This document shows, piece after piece, positions 39,360 to 52,517 of a DNA stretch of 64,000 nucleotides. Made by a program: the position numbers and the translations under genes. Origin of the DNA: Podarcis bocagei (lineage: Eukaryota); assembly GCA_964188305.1 (NCBI GenBank), contig OZ076888.1; one strand, 5' to 3'. The notes beneath the pieces were generated by a model. It did not search any database. It had not been told where the DNA came from and was given only the letters and a program-made list of their open reading frames with translations. Position 1 is the stretch's first letter, and the number at the start of each line of letters is the position of its first letter.

Positions 39360-39910
39360 TTGCCAGCAGTGGAATTCAGAAGCTAAAAAGGCTAATGCAA
39401 TTCTAGGCTTCATGAACAGAAGAATTCAAATATCAGACAGTAACGGTACTACTTTATTCTCTTTGGTCAGACCTCATCGGCAGTAACTTCCCCCATTCTG
39501 GGTACTGCAGTTTAAGGAATGTGCCCATGGGAGAGTGAGAAAGACCAAGTCCTATGAGGAAAGGTTGAAGGAATTAGGTAAGACAATTAAGAGGCAGTTC
39601 GACACCCCTATTCAAATAAGAGGTGACACATAGATGATGGAGCAAATTTATTTTCTTTTTCTCCAGAGGGAGAGGGTGGGATCAAAATCAATGGTTTCAA
39701 ATGACAAGAAAAGGAATTTCAAATAGGGACTTCCTGATGACACAAGATGTTCAGACTGCCTCAAAAGGTAGTGGACTCTCCTTTGTTTTTAAGTTTTTTT
39801 TAAACAGAGGCTGGATAGTTACCCACCAGGAATTCTTTAGCAGCAGGTTTCTTGCATCAGTCAGAAGATGACTTTTGAAGTGAAGTCCTTTCAGCTCTAT
39901 GATTCTGTTT
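39360..39910 (+). mobile_element. Old degenerate CR1 LINE 3' fragment
   Basis: Remnants of KANAILG, LYS.LVRPH, YEERLKELG and LFSF.PEGR, plus a ctctatgattct tail. Confidence 0.75.
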
Positions 39911-40034
39911 TCACATCCTTTTCTTGAGCTAAAAAATGGCCTTATGCAGATAAGGAGGCTCATGAGATAAAACATTTCAACACATGAGTACAGAGAAAGG
40001 GGGACTGAGAGGCTAAGGTGACTCAAAAGAGATA

Positions 40035-40267
40035 CAGTGGTACCTTGGGATGCGAACAGGATCCGTTCCGGAGCCCCGGTCACATCCCGAATGGAACGTG
40101 CGGGTCACGTTTCACCGCTTCCTCGCATGCGTGTGACGTCATTTTTAGCGTCTGCGCATGTGTGAGCGGCGAAACCCGGAAGTAACACGCTCTGTTACTT
40201 CCGGGTTGCCGCGGAGCGCAATTTGAACGCGCTCAACCCGAAGCGCATTCAACTCGAGGTATGACTG
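40035..40267. mobile_element. Tigger-like MITE
   Basis: TA|CAGTGGTACCTTGG ... CGAGGTATGACTG|TA; internal palindrome aacccggaagtaac...gttacttccgggtt. Confidence 0.8.
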
Positions 40268-41104
40268 TACTAGAAAATTGGGTTGATGTTTTTATTTTGA
40301 TTATATATTTTGTGGTTTTATATTTTGATTTTATTCTGTGAACTGCCCTGAGACCTGTGGGCACGGGGGGGGGGGTGTACACAGCAAGTCAACAAAATAC
40401 ACAGTCTTCCATGATTTTAGGGGGGAATCATCTCCTTGGGGGAAAAATAAGTTACAGGAGAGGTGTAAAGTTCTATGCTTCTATGACATCTTCCTTTCAG
40501 CCATTCGTTTAACATCAGCCTTAACTTACCCAACCATGCACATGCTGAAATATGCATTCATATATTTTTCTCCATATCCACTTTCAATCGATACATGATC
40601 TGTTTGTTCATTCACCTTTTTGCTGCCCCACCACACACAAGCTATCTTCATTCTTAACCACAACAGCAAATATCCTTTCCAGTTCTGTAGCTCTTTAGGC
40701 ACCATTTTATTTAAAAACAAACAAACAAACATCATGGTATATACAGTGATATAAGGCGGGTCATTCAATCTTTCCAAAGTGAAACACATTTATTTTAAAT
40801 CATAATTAATCACAAATCTATTTCATGCCTCATTGACTCATGCTTATATGACTTTAGATTGTGGAATTGTGCACTGTTCATTCATTAAACAAGGGTGGTG
40901 AATCTGTGGCCCTCCAGAAGTCAGTGGACTACAACTTCCATAAGCTACTGACCATGTCGGCTGGGCCAGGCAAGAGCTGGAGTCCAACAACGTTCCCCAC
41001 CCCCATCCCTTCATTAAACCCTTTAAGCACACTTCATATTCCCAATCAAGGTAATAAAAGGGTTTTTTAAAGCAAGGTTGACAAGGAAAGACTTGAAAGC
41101 CAGC

Positions 41105-41365
41105 ACATTCATTCATTCATTCATTCGTTTGTTTGTTTGTTTGTTTGTTTGTTCATATTTCTTACATCTATATACCACTTTTATCCACCAAGGGTCTCAA
41201 AGTGGTGTACATGGTTCTCCTCTTCCCCATTTCACCCATTTCACCACAACCCTGTGAGGTAGGTTAGGCTAAGAGATGGTGACTGGCCCAAGGTCACCCA
41301 CTAAGCTTCATGGCTGAGTGGGGATTCGAATCCTGCTCTCCCCAGATTAGGACCAACCATTATGC
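41105..41365 (-). mobile_element. Diverged MIR/Squam3-type CORE SINE
   Basis: ggattcgaatcc B box, gactggcccaaggtcaccca core, (TTCA)n(TTTG)n tail. Confidence 0.7.
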
Positions 41366-41463
41366 CAAACAATTTTTCCCCCATATTGTGTAGAATACAC
41401 CAAATAGATACAAAATAAAGCACTTTTTTGGAGTAAAATATGCCAGCTGTACTAACACATGTA

Positions 41464-41689
41464 CAGTGGTACCTCGGGTTAAGTACTTAATTTGTTCCGG
41501 AGGTCTGTTCTTAACCTGAAACTGTTCTTAACCTGAAGCACCACTTTAGCTAATGGGGCCTCCTGCTGCTGCCGTGCCGCCGGAGCACAATTTCTGTTCT
41601 CATCCTGAAGCAAAATTCTTAACCCGAGGTATTATTTCTGGGTTAGCGGAGTCTGTAACCTGAAGCGTATGTAACCCGAGGTACCGCTG
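41464..41689. mobile_element. Tigger-like MITE (inverted relative to 18764)
   Basis: TA TSD, TIRs as in the family. Confidence 0.9.
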
Positions 41690-41911
41690 TACATGCTTAT
41701 TCAGAAATCAGCCCCAGTGGTACTTACTTTCTGGTATAGGTATGGGACTTCAACCCTAAAGCTGTGTTACGACTACATGCAATACTTTTAGGCTTAATGT
41801 TTGTTTCTTGAGCAATGCAAAAGCTCACCGATAAAAAATATTTCGACAAAAGCCTAAACAAAATTTTACTCACTTACACAAGTTTTAGATGTGCTATATA
41901 GTGAACACAAA

Positions 41912-42249
41912 GGGGAGCGGGTGGCGCTGTGGTCTAAACCACTGAGCCTCTTGGGCTTGCCGATCGGAAGGCTGGCAGTTCAGACCCCCAAGACAGGGTG
42001 AGCTCCCATTGCTCTGTTCCAGCTCCCACCAACCTAGAAGTTTGAAAGCACACCAGTGCAAGTAGATAAATAGGTATTGCTGTGGTGGGAAGTTAAACAG
42101 CGTTTCTGTGCACTCTGGTTTCTGTCACGGTGTTCCATTGCACCAGAAGCAGTTTAGTCATGCTCAGCCTGAAGCGAGATGAGCACTGCAACCTCATAGT
42201 CACCTTTGATTGGACTTAACCATCCAGGGGTCCTTTACCTTTACCTTTT
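41912..42249 (+). mobile_element. Older Sauria SINE subfamily copy
   Basis: Head gggtggcgctgtggtctaaaccactgagcc, tail ggggtcctttacctttacc, TSD tagtgaac(a/g)ca. Confidence 0.85.
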
Positions 42250-43358
42250 TAGTGAACGCATGGGTGAGGATATCAAGATATACTCTTTTGTCAATGGAGA
42301 AACAAGCTTTTATCTTTGATTGAAGGCACTAGAATTTTATTGAACTATTTGACCAAACTCAGTTATTCTTGAACTACAGCCCAGAATACCTGGTGAGTCA
42401 TGGAAATAATTTTAGTAACTATAGAAGGCATGATAAAAGCATTACTACAACAGTTTAATAGAACGCAGCATCCTTTTATACTCATGCCTTTAACAGCATT
42501 TTTATATTTGGCAATGTTTTAATGCCAAAGAGCAAACTCAAGGAAATGTAGAATAAAAACACCTGATTTTAGCTATAAGCCATGACCTTAAAATAATTTT
42601 TGTACTTGAAAATCTTCTGCCCAATTAAACACAATCCTAATTCACAGAATTCTTGCTTGCAAAAATCATTTTGCATGATTTTACCAAGCATGTTCATGTG
42701 CCTCCATCTTTGCCACTAAGAAACAAGCTAAACACTTGCCTACTATCAATATTTAAGTAGCTGCACACAAGCAGAGGTTGGAAAAAGAGAATCAAAGTTT
42801 TCATTTAATGAAAGATCTGTTTTCAGTAGGTATTTGGGTGTGTTGTGACTTTGGTAAGTCACAACCCACACTAGTGCTGACAGAGAGCAGGAGGAGGAGT
42901 GACGGGTGTGCATCTTTGCAGGGTGTGCTGTTTGGTTTTGGGAGCATACTTCTTGCCAGTTTAGAATTGGCAAGCTTATTTCTGGCTGAAAAAATATGTC
43001 CTACCTGATATAATCAAACATTCCAAGGACCAATTCATTTTTATGTCAGACAGGAAAGCCTTTGTACAACTGGGATGTCCATGCGCATAGTTATAGGCAC
43101 TGTCAATCACTTTCATAGTTTGTCATAGAAGTGGAATTTAACTTCAAATAACAAAGAAAACGAAACTTCCCCCAAATGAGGGAATTGGTAAAAAGGAAGT
43201 TGAAATGGAAAAGTCAAGAGGGTCAAATCTCTCCAGAATGCTTGAGGGTTGTTCAAAACCAAAATAACAGAAACTGAGCTGAAATTTATGCCACATGTGA
43301 GGTGAGAAGACTGTTTTATAGAATCATAGAATTGTAGAGCTGGAAGGGCCATCTAGTC

Positions 43359-44004
43359 CAGTGTTTCCCAACCACTGTTCCGCGGCACACTAGTGTGCCG
43401 TGAGATGTTGCCTGGAGGGAGGCGGGCGAGTCGGGCGGCGAGAGGCGGGGCGGCGGCGGCGAGGAGAGGCCGCCCAGCGCGGGGCTCTCGCCGTCTGCCT
43501 GCCTGGCTGCCTGCGAGCTCGGCGGGCAGCGCCTCCGTCCGCAGCGCCCGCCTCGCGGCTCTCATTCCCTGCCCCTGCCAAAGCTCACCCAGCCAAGCCG
43601 CGCTCTCCTTCCTGCCTCGCTTTGCTGCCTCCTCCCCCCCCACCCCCAAAGCTTGGAGGTTCCCCGGCAGGAAGGAGGGAACTTAATCCTCTCCAAGGGC
43701 TGCGGAAAACAGACATGCAAATGGGGGCTTGCCAGCTCTTCAAGCGCTGCCGGCTTTCTTCGGGAATTACCGCCCGCCGAGCCCGGTAACGCTGACAGGC
43801 CGAGCCGCGGGGCTTGGCAGCGCAGCCGGCAGAGTGTGGGAAAGGGCGGCCGCCACGCGCCGGGCAAGGCGAGACTCGACGGGGAGGACACCGGCAGCAG
43901 CGCCCCCCCCCCAGAAACCCGCTCTGGGCAGGTAATTCACAGAGAGTGGACAGAAGGAAGGCTTAAAGGGCTTCAGCCTCCCAGAGTGGCGGGGAATAAT
44001 AATG

Positions 44005-44058
<54 letters not shown>

Positions 44059-44503
44059 TGACAGGTGGTGTTTTTCTAGGTGAGGGGGTGGGGACTGTAA
44101 TAACAAAAAAATCAGCTGTATATCAACCGCTGTTTTGCAATGAGGAATTGCAAATAAGGAAAATCAAAAGGAGAATGTTTTTTTTGGGGGGGACTCTCTT
44201 CCTCTTCCTCCTCCTCCTCTCGTTCTTGCTCCTCTTCCTGGCAAAAGGGCTGCTGAGACCCCTTCTCTCCTGGGTGCCGGTGGGTGCTGTGACGTTGACG
44301 CTGCTGTGGCAAGTGCCTTTACTTAGCAGAGTGCATTCCCCTTTACACAGGAGGGGAGGGGAAAAAATTGAAACTTACACTTTCGTGCGTCCCTCCCGGC
44401 GTGACGCTGCGCACTGACGTCACGGGGCTGTAATGGTGGTGTGCCTCGAGATTTTTTTCATCAAACAAGTGTGCCTTTGCCCAAAAAAGGTTGGGAAACA
44501 CTG
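43359..44503. mobile_element. GC-rich non-autonomous hAT element, long form 1145 bp, inserted into a CR1-type 3' tail
   Basis: Same TIRs as 34349; perfect TSD atctagtc; flanks rejoin as atagaatcatagaattgtagagctggaagggccatctagtccaaccccctgc (CR1 3' end, minus). Confidence 0.95.
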
Positions 44504-44574
44504 ATCTAGTCCAACCCCCTGCAATGCAGGGATCTCAACTCTGCTTAAAAACCTCCTGAGGAAGACTGTTCCAC

Positions 44575-44890
44575 TGTAGCTGGTTGACTGACTGAACCCA
44601 AAGAGTGCTCATTAATGATTCCTCAACATTCTGGGGGGAAAGTGACAAGTGGGGTGCCACAGGGTTCTGTCCTGGGCCCGTTGTTGTTCAAGTCGTTTAC
44701 AAAATTGTTGAAGGAATTGGGAGGATGCTCATCAAATTTGCAGATGACACCAAACTCAGAGGGATAGTTAATGCAGCAGAAGACAGAATCTGGATTCAGG
44801 ATGACAACAGATTGGAGAACTAAGCCCAAACTAACAAAATTTAATTTCAACAGGGACAAATGTAAGGTTCTGCACTTAGGCAGGAAAAAC
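44575..44890 (+). mobile_element. CR1 LINE reverse-transcriptase fragment (frameshifted)
   Basis: VTSGVPQGSVLGP, IKFADDTKL and FNRDKCKVLHLGRKN motifs spread across frames. Confidence 0.88.
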
Positions 44891-47154
44891 CCACCTCTGG
44901 CACATGGCTCCAGAAAGGTTGGTGAGAAGGGAATGGGAGAAGGGAATGTTGGAAAAGGTTCCGCAGCCTGCTTCTGAAAGCTTGTATTTTGTTTCACTCA
45001 GTCTCCCACTGGACAAACAATCTCTTAACTCCAAGAGCATGTGCATGCCTTCTTATGTGATGCACAGACATATATAAGCTCTCTCTGGATAACATTTGAG
45101 TTCACCGCAGACAAATGTTTGCACGTTCCAACGTGTGATCTTTGTCCTAAAGGGCAATGGAAAGCATTCAGTTTGCCAAACTGGTACTATCTCTCGTTTG
45201 TCTTGGAGCACGAAACAACGGTATAACCACTACCTGCCACTGAACTGAAACCAAAAGGTGTTATATTGGAAGCAATCTTCTTCATTATGTTTCCAGACGT
45301 AAAGGAAAAGAAAGAAGCCCCTGGGATCTTCTCAAAGCCTTGACCTCTGTGAGAAGCAGAAGAGCAGCCGACTCTGTCAGGAATATAATCCTTTCTACTC
45401 AAGCAGCACTGCAGATTGTTAGAATTTTAATGTGCCCACATTAAATGATGGCTCCCGGCCAGCTGGTAATCGTGTGTACTAACTTTCCAAAAAGGCAGGG
45501 TAGTTTGTCTCCCTTTGTTAAATCACTCAAAAACTAGAATGGGCAGATTGGAATTTTATAACAAAAAAACCCCGAACAATAGGGCGTTTTAGAAATATGT
45601 ATATCCCCTGACAAACTCATCAGGATAAACCAAGTCGTAAAATATTGAAGTGAGACATTGCTGGGCTTGCAGCTGTTTGGTCAGGTGTTGTTAATGAGGG
45701 ACGAACATCTTTCATGCATGGAAGGACGTCCTTGCTATATTTGCTACGGTCCCCTACAGAAATCCTCTAACATGTTAACATCTGAGCAGTATTGCTAGCC
45801 CTTCCCTGAATTACAAGAGTCGGGTGCATTCTTCTAGTATTTCCTCCGTATAATAAATATACAAGAAGCTAAGAAAAGAGATAAGCCTGTACAATAAGGC
45901 TGCTCTTATTAAAAAAATCAACTGAAGGAAATGCGGAAGAATGTGTTATTAAAAATAAATAAAAATGAACTCTATTTCCCATAAAAGGCAACAACAACAA
46001 AATGACATCTGAGAAAAACTGAGGAGGGGTGGGGAAAAGAGTTAAGGAGGAAAAAGATTTCCCTGGGCCAGCAAATTTGCTTACATATCAAGGCTAGATA
46101 CAGAGGAAGAATTTACAAGTGACTATGGAGCAGAACAAATATGTATCTTATTTGAAACTATAACTTTGTTATAGTTCTCCTTCCTAACTGGGCGGAATTC
46201 ATGACCAATACGAAAATTCATAAAGCCCTATTAAATTTCCATACACTAACAATTAGCCAACACATTCTCTTGTTACTCCATGTCATTAGAAACTCTGACC
46301 TCTAAAAGTCTTTTGGATTTGGTACCCTTCTCACAGTCCGTATCTCTAAATAACTGACCTTTCCATATCCCCCACCTCTTAGCACATGACGATCGAAACA
46401 AAGACAACTTGTTGCTATCAAGATTTCCATTCCATCTAATAAAAATAAAGGTGCATGGCAGGTCAGATATCAACCACAAAACAAAAAATCTAGCTTTGTT
46501 AGAGATGCTAGCATAGTATTTTAGTGACCCATCCAATCTTAGGAACCTCCATATCCCAAAAAGGAATTTAAAGAGCCTGAAACTTTCTATTTTAAGCTTG
46601 TATTTCCACAGAGGATTAATATAATTAGATTCTAGGAGAAATTGGTACATCGTGATTCTCATAAGATAGGCTCCTCAGTGCAGGAAGGTTTCTGTGAATG
46701 CACTTCACTGTAAAAAAAACTGTCTCACTCCTCAATCCTCATATAACCTGAAGGCTTTTAAAGGTTTCATAACAGAAAGCTGTGTAACAGCCTATGGCTA
46801 AACAATAAAACTGACCGATTAATAACAAAGCTGCAGAAATAGGCTGAACAGGATGCTTTGGGGGCATATATAAAAACAGAGATCACTATTATCCTGGACT
46901 GTAACATAGCTACAGTTTCTCCTCATCTCCTTTCAGTTTATCCTTTTGACAAATGCTTACAAAGTTACCATGTTTAAGGGGAAAGAATAATCCTTAAATT
47001 ACAACCGAAAACTAGCTTTGCTGCTTCAGCTATCGCTTTCAGTCACAGCCTCTTCCTCATTCTTCTAATGTGGAAGCAAGATGCTGCAAGCAAGCAAGCA
47101 AGAGAAACACAGTCCCAAATTATACCCCCCAAACCTGAATATTAATTTCATTTA

Positions 47155-47413
47155 CCGTATTTTTCACTCTATAAGACGCATCAGACCACAAGACGCACCT
47201 AGTTTTTGGAGAAGGAAAACAAGAAAAAAAATATTCTGAATCTCAGAAGCCAGAACAGCAAGAGGGATCGCTGCGCAGTGAAAGCAGCGATCCCTCTTGC
47301 TGTTTTGGCTTCTGGGATAGCTTCACAGCCTGCATTTGCTCCATAAGACGCACACACATTTCCCCTTACTTTTTAGGAGGGAAAAGGTGGGTCTTATAGA
47401 GCAAAAAATACGG
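47155..47413. mobile_element. Tc2-like MITE, 259 bp, with internal hairpin
   Basis: TA|CCGTATTTTT ... AAAAATACGG|TA. Confidence 0.9.
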
Positions 47414-49251
47414 TATTTATTTGTTTTTTTGGGGGGGAATATACTCCACTGAAATGTGCCCTTGCCATCTGTAAATCAAATCCATAGAATATTGAGCACA
47501 GCTCTGTCTTGAAGTGTCACTGGAAATTTGATGTGCACTTTTTAGGATTTATGATAGACTCTTTCCAACCACAAGTTTCAAAAGTAACTCCTGTCCAACT
47601 TCTATCTGAGGGACATTGGCAGACTAATAGTTGGCAATGCATTTCTTTATATCTATCTATATCTATCTATCTATCTATCTATTTTTGAAAAGCACTGCAA
47701 TTAACTATATTTATTGTTAACTTTTAAAAATATTAATCTAGCAGTGGCTTCTTGGCTCAGCCAGCAGGATTTTGCTCCTCTTTGATCCTTCTGTGATGTG
47801 CCACATTTAGCACCATGAGCAGCCGCAGAAAAACAAATTATTAAACTGCCAAACCAGAAATAGAAATATGACAACTGACTGTAAGTCAGTACATTCAACC
47901 TGGACCACTGCCAAAACTATTGTGCTTCACTGAATAATTTGTCCCCCCAGTGGTAAAAAGTATATCTAGTCACAGGAGGTTGTGCCCTTATAGGCCATCT
48001 ATTACTCTGACAAAACACAACACGTAACACAACTGTTGAATAAACACAGTGGTCAGTAAATTGAACTTCTTAAATTGGTTACTTCTGGTTTATCATGTCA
48101 GTTTTTGTATTCCCAGTTCTAAATGCATAAAGTTTTATGCATAAATAAATAATAATGTTTTGCTCAAGAGAGGCTGTGGAGAAAGTATAAACGTTTAAAT
48201 TAAAATAATTAATGCCTTAAACACATTTGGAAATGTTACACATTAGCTAGAATTAGTAAAAATAAGATTATAAAAACAAACATAAACCCTATGATTCTTT
48301 AAATTATCACATAAACCAACAGCGAGCATTAAATAGTTTACATTCTGACAGTTTCCTTTTCAAATGAGAGACAGACAGATCATTTCACCTTCCAAAGCTC
48401 CCACAACATAATTTTTGCAAGAAATTCACTGCACAGCTGAGTGTCAACTAGTGTGGAAATCTGACCATTTCACATGTGCACGTGGCATAATTAAAATAAG
48501 CCCACTATATGAACTGGATATACACAAAATGCTGTTGATACATGCAGTTTTTCCATCCCTTTTGGGAGGATGAGGGTGCAGGAGGATTCAAAGCTTTGGA
48601 AAGTCATATACATATGTGCTGTTCAGGAGTTAAGAGAGGACTTTTATCTTAAATTTACACCCATCTTTCTGCCATCATGGAACCAGAGCTGGTACCTATC
48701 TGGTTCCAGGCTGGTGTCCCTGATCAAACCTAGACTCACTTCGCTTCAAGAAGATGATTGCCTTCAGATCTCACCTTGGGCAGGTGTGAGATTGCACCCT
48801 GTATGCACAGTATTCTGAGATTTTAAATGTGCAGGAAAAGGCATTCTCAACCCTTCAATGCACCATTATAGAAACTAGGAAAAGGTTTATCAACCAGCGT
48901 TAAGAAATAAATAGTTACAGAACTCTTTAGGTTTCTAATCCAAGCTATGGAGCTGAAATTCAACTTACTTTAATGTATTTCTTGCTCGCCCTTCATCATA
49001 AACAATACTAAGGTGGGAACAATAAATTCATAATAGGACCAATCAGAACAATACCACCACGAAACAAGAGCAGTTATAGTGACACCATCAGTAGATACAG
49101 GAAAAACATCCTGCAAACTATTGAGCAGACATCTTTGACTTCAGCTAACAAGAAAACACAAGAAGGGATGGCACAAGCCGTATCTTGAGAAGAAGGAAAT
49201 TCCAAACAGGGCAGCACTGCAAAGAAAGCCTCCTCCACGTCACGACATAGT

Positions 49252-49366
49252 TAGGGTTGGCAAATCTCTGGAATTTCCTGATCATAGCCAGGATTCAGTT
49301 TTGGAAATAGCATCTGGGCAAAAATCGCTAAAATATCCGGGAAAATCCTGGCGCATGGCAACCCAT
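49252..49366. mobile_element. Old hAT (Blackjack-like) MITE remnant
   Basis: TAGGGTTGGCA ... TGGCAACCC ends. Confidence 0.5.
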
Positions 49367-50705
49367 GGTCAGAAGTGTAGATTTTGGCAGATTCCATTAA
49401 ACTTATATTATTTTTTTGAGATTCTACAAAAAGAGCTCAACAACTTTCTGCAAAACTGAAAAAAACTCAACAAATTCATGGGAAAAAAGCTCAAGAACTT
49501 CTGAAATATGACAACGCTACGCATAATGCATCTCACAATAATGGTGGGGAACCAAGAAAGGCCTCTGCTGTTGTTCTTAGCAATACAGGCAGGCTGATAA
49601 AGGGGGATATATTGGTAGTCAATGCTGAGCAACTGTAGCTACAGCATTCTGCACTAACAAAAGCTTCCATACCACCTTCAGAGGCAGCTCCACACTGCAC
49701 ACAATACAGTTAGCCAAGTTGGCTTGGCCAACTGAGAGGTTATCAGTGCATGGGTCACTGGAGCCAGGCTCTCTCTGTCCAGGAATATACTACTGCTGGC
49801 AAACCAATGGGTGCAAACCCTTCTAACAGCTAGTTCTTCTAGACTTCAATCACACTTGTTAAAAGTAATGATTTCCAGTCATCGCTTTCTACAGGCAGCA
49901 TAGGTGACACAACAACTAAACAACAAAGATTTGGGCATTAGTGAAGTAATGGCTGCCAATGTAAGATCTCCTTTCATTAAAAGTTAACTCCCCGCTCTGC
50001 AACACTAGGAACATTTGTGCCAGCCCCTTAATACCCTACACTTCTTATCTGCAAATGGAACAGGTTTTGCTTCTTGAAAAGAAACCAGTGGCTGGCCAGC
50101 ATGACATAAAGACTGCACTATACTGTTCTGCAGCTTGCACTTAACTCTTCTGTTTAAAACGAATACTGTTGTTGCATGACATGTGTATTATTGTAAAAAA
50201 ATTCATCAGAAACAGGGTACAAAAATAGTAGCCATCACTTACAGCCAGTTTAGAAACAAAATGTGTCCAGCAGATATTGGAAAGTTAATAAATATTTAAG
50301 TGTGCCATGTTATAAAAGTGTTGAGTCTATCTTCATCTAGCCAGCTGCATTTTCCAAAACAAACACTCTACCAGATGTTTTGGGGGGGTTTCTGCTGGTG
50401 AATAGATGCTTTTAAAGTACAGTGTAAGTGGTGCATTTGAACGCTCTCTCTCTCTCTGTGTATATATATAATATTGAAGCTCAAATCACATAAAATGCCA
50501 AAGAAAACTTTACAGTTATATCTAAGTGCGAATGCTGAATTCAACACTTCACAGGGCCATGAATGCTGCCTATTTACCTGGGAATAAGTCCCACGGAATC
50601 AAATGGCAATGCAGTTATGGCTAAGATTGCATTCTTAGGACTCAGCTATACAGCTGCAAATAAAAGGTTTTAAGTGTGTTTTAAGTGCAATATACAATGT
50701 GAAAC

Positions 50706-50865
50706 TAGAATCATAGAATCATAGAGTTGGAAGAGACCACAAGGGCCATCGAGTCCAACCCCCTGCCAAGCAGGAAACACCATCAGAGCACTCCTGACAT
50801 ATGGTTGTCAAGCCTCTGCTTAAAGACCTCCAAAGAAGGAGACTCCACCACACTCCTTGGCGGCA
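50706..50865 (-). mobile_element. Young CR1 LINE 3' end (severely 5'-truncated)
   Basis: (ATTCTATG)n tail; near-identical to about 52527-52678. Confidence 0.88.
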
Positions 50866-52517
50866 GTGAGCCTTATAGAAAATTCAATGTATTTTTTAAA
50901 ACACTTTTTTTAAAAAAGCTTTTTCAGAACGTTTTTTTATATTTGTGTAGATTCCAGCCTAGTCTGCTTGGCCTGAGTGGAAGGCAAGTGAGGCAAAGCA
51001 AGAGCCCTCTTGCGCAAAATGGACACCCTTCAAGTGCCTAGAGCAGAAGGAAGATACAAAGGAGGGGAAAGAAAAGGGGTGGAGGTGGTTGTGGCAAGAT
51101 TCTTGAAAAAGCAAAATCAAGGACGATCTGCTTTGAAAAGGTGAAGGAGCCATCAGTACCATGGTGGCTTGCTCTGCTTCTTGGGCAGTTGGGGCTTCAT
51201 AGAGGAGTAATTTGCCTCCAGCACAGGGATGATGCAAGTGACAGGAGGTGGGGAGAATCGGGCACTTTAAATTGCTGCACTTGCAGTGCTTTTATTTCTT
51301 AGTGCCTCCATCTCCTTGCCTAGTTGGCCACATGTATGATGAAGCTGTACTCCTTCCCTCCCCCACAAAGTCTAAACACATAAAATGAGGGATCATTATA
51401 ATGGATAACAGAATGAAATGAAACCAACCACGGCCAAGGTGGGCTTGAACCATCAACCTTCTGACTAGTAGCTTAAAAATACACTAACCAATTGCACAAC
51501 AAAGACACCTGCAGGATGCAAGAAGATGTGTTGGAAAATAGGGAGAAGCAGAGCAGGACAGCTTATGTCACAACTATTCCAACGGCTCTTTTGAAAAAAA
51601 GATTGATGAGTGACTATTGAGTAACAGGGCTTGGATGGAGCACTATAAATAAGCAAGCAGTCAGGAATCCCATTAATGCTTAGACTTGCATGATTTCTAT
51701 CTTGCGAGAAAAACAGGTTCAATGGGAGGTTTGTATTCAGTCTGGTGCCCACACCACCTCCGCCGCAGCAATGACAAAAAATAAGCAACACAAACACAGG
51801 GCGAGTGGGCTTGCATTCCAATTACTAGCGAAGTCTCTTTCAAGGCATGACTCATTCCTCAGATTTCATTCATAAAGCTTCCATTTTAACAAACTACAAA
51901 GCAGTGACCTTATTCAGAGAGCTCTAGGTAATAATCTGCAAATACAGAAACGGGTGAATGTTGCCCCGTAAAAGCTGCAGCGTTGGGTTGTTGTTGTTTT
52001 TTTAAAAAAAACTATCTGCAGTGTAAAATAAAGAATTGTGCAAAAGCTGCTTGTAGAAAAGCATCAGGTTCCCTCCACAATGCTTTCTGCTTCGAACATG
52101 TCTTAGTGCAATTTAAATGGATTATTTACCAAAATGGCAAAATAGTGGCATTAATTATAAGCACAGAAAACATATGCTAGGTCAAGTGCTGAGTTGAAAC
52201 TGAAGAGGTGAGCGCCCCAAGTAGCTTCCAAGCTTTTAAACACTAGCCTGGCCTCTTACAAGCCAATGAACAAACATTGGCCTCTTACAAGCCAATGAAG
52301 AAAAGGATCAAGGTTATATCCAAAGCTCAATCTCCAGGCCTCAATTCCTTTCACACAAGGTGTAGTTATAAAGAACAATGGGACAGGACTGTGCTGAAAT
52401 AAATGTTATCTTGCCAAACACCTCTAACTGCAGAGAATGTGGAGCTTGGAATGTGGGGAGGAAAGACTGCCCCTAACTTTCAGGTCTTTGTTGAAGGCAG
52501 GTGCAGAAAGAGACACT

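Noticed and set aside
43653-44417. 254-aa ORF with poly-Asn and a hydrophobic stretch
   Set aside because: Lies wholly inside a non-autonomous hAT element; the features come from (AAT)n and (CCT)n repeats; no recognisable domain.
46273-46662. 129-aa minus-strand ORF in AT-rich DNA
   Set aside because: No recognisable motif or splice context; may be a decayed retroelement but I cannot support that without a search.
51428-51475. tRNA-like B-box fragment on the minus strand
   Set aside because: Too short and degenerate for a tRNA gene; likely a SINE-head remnant.
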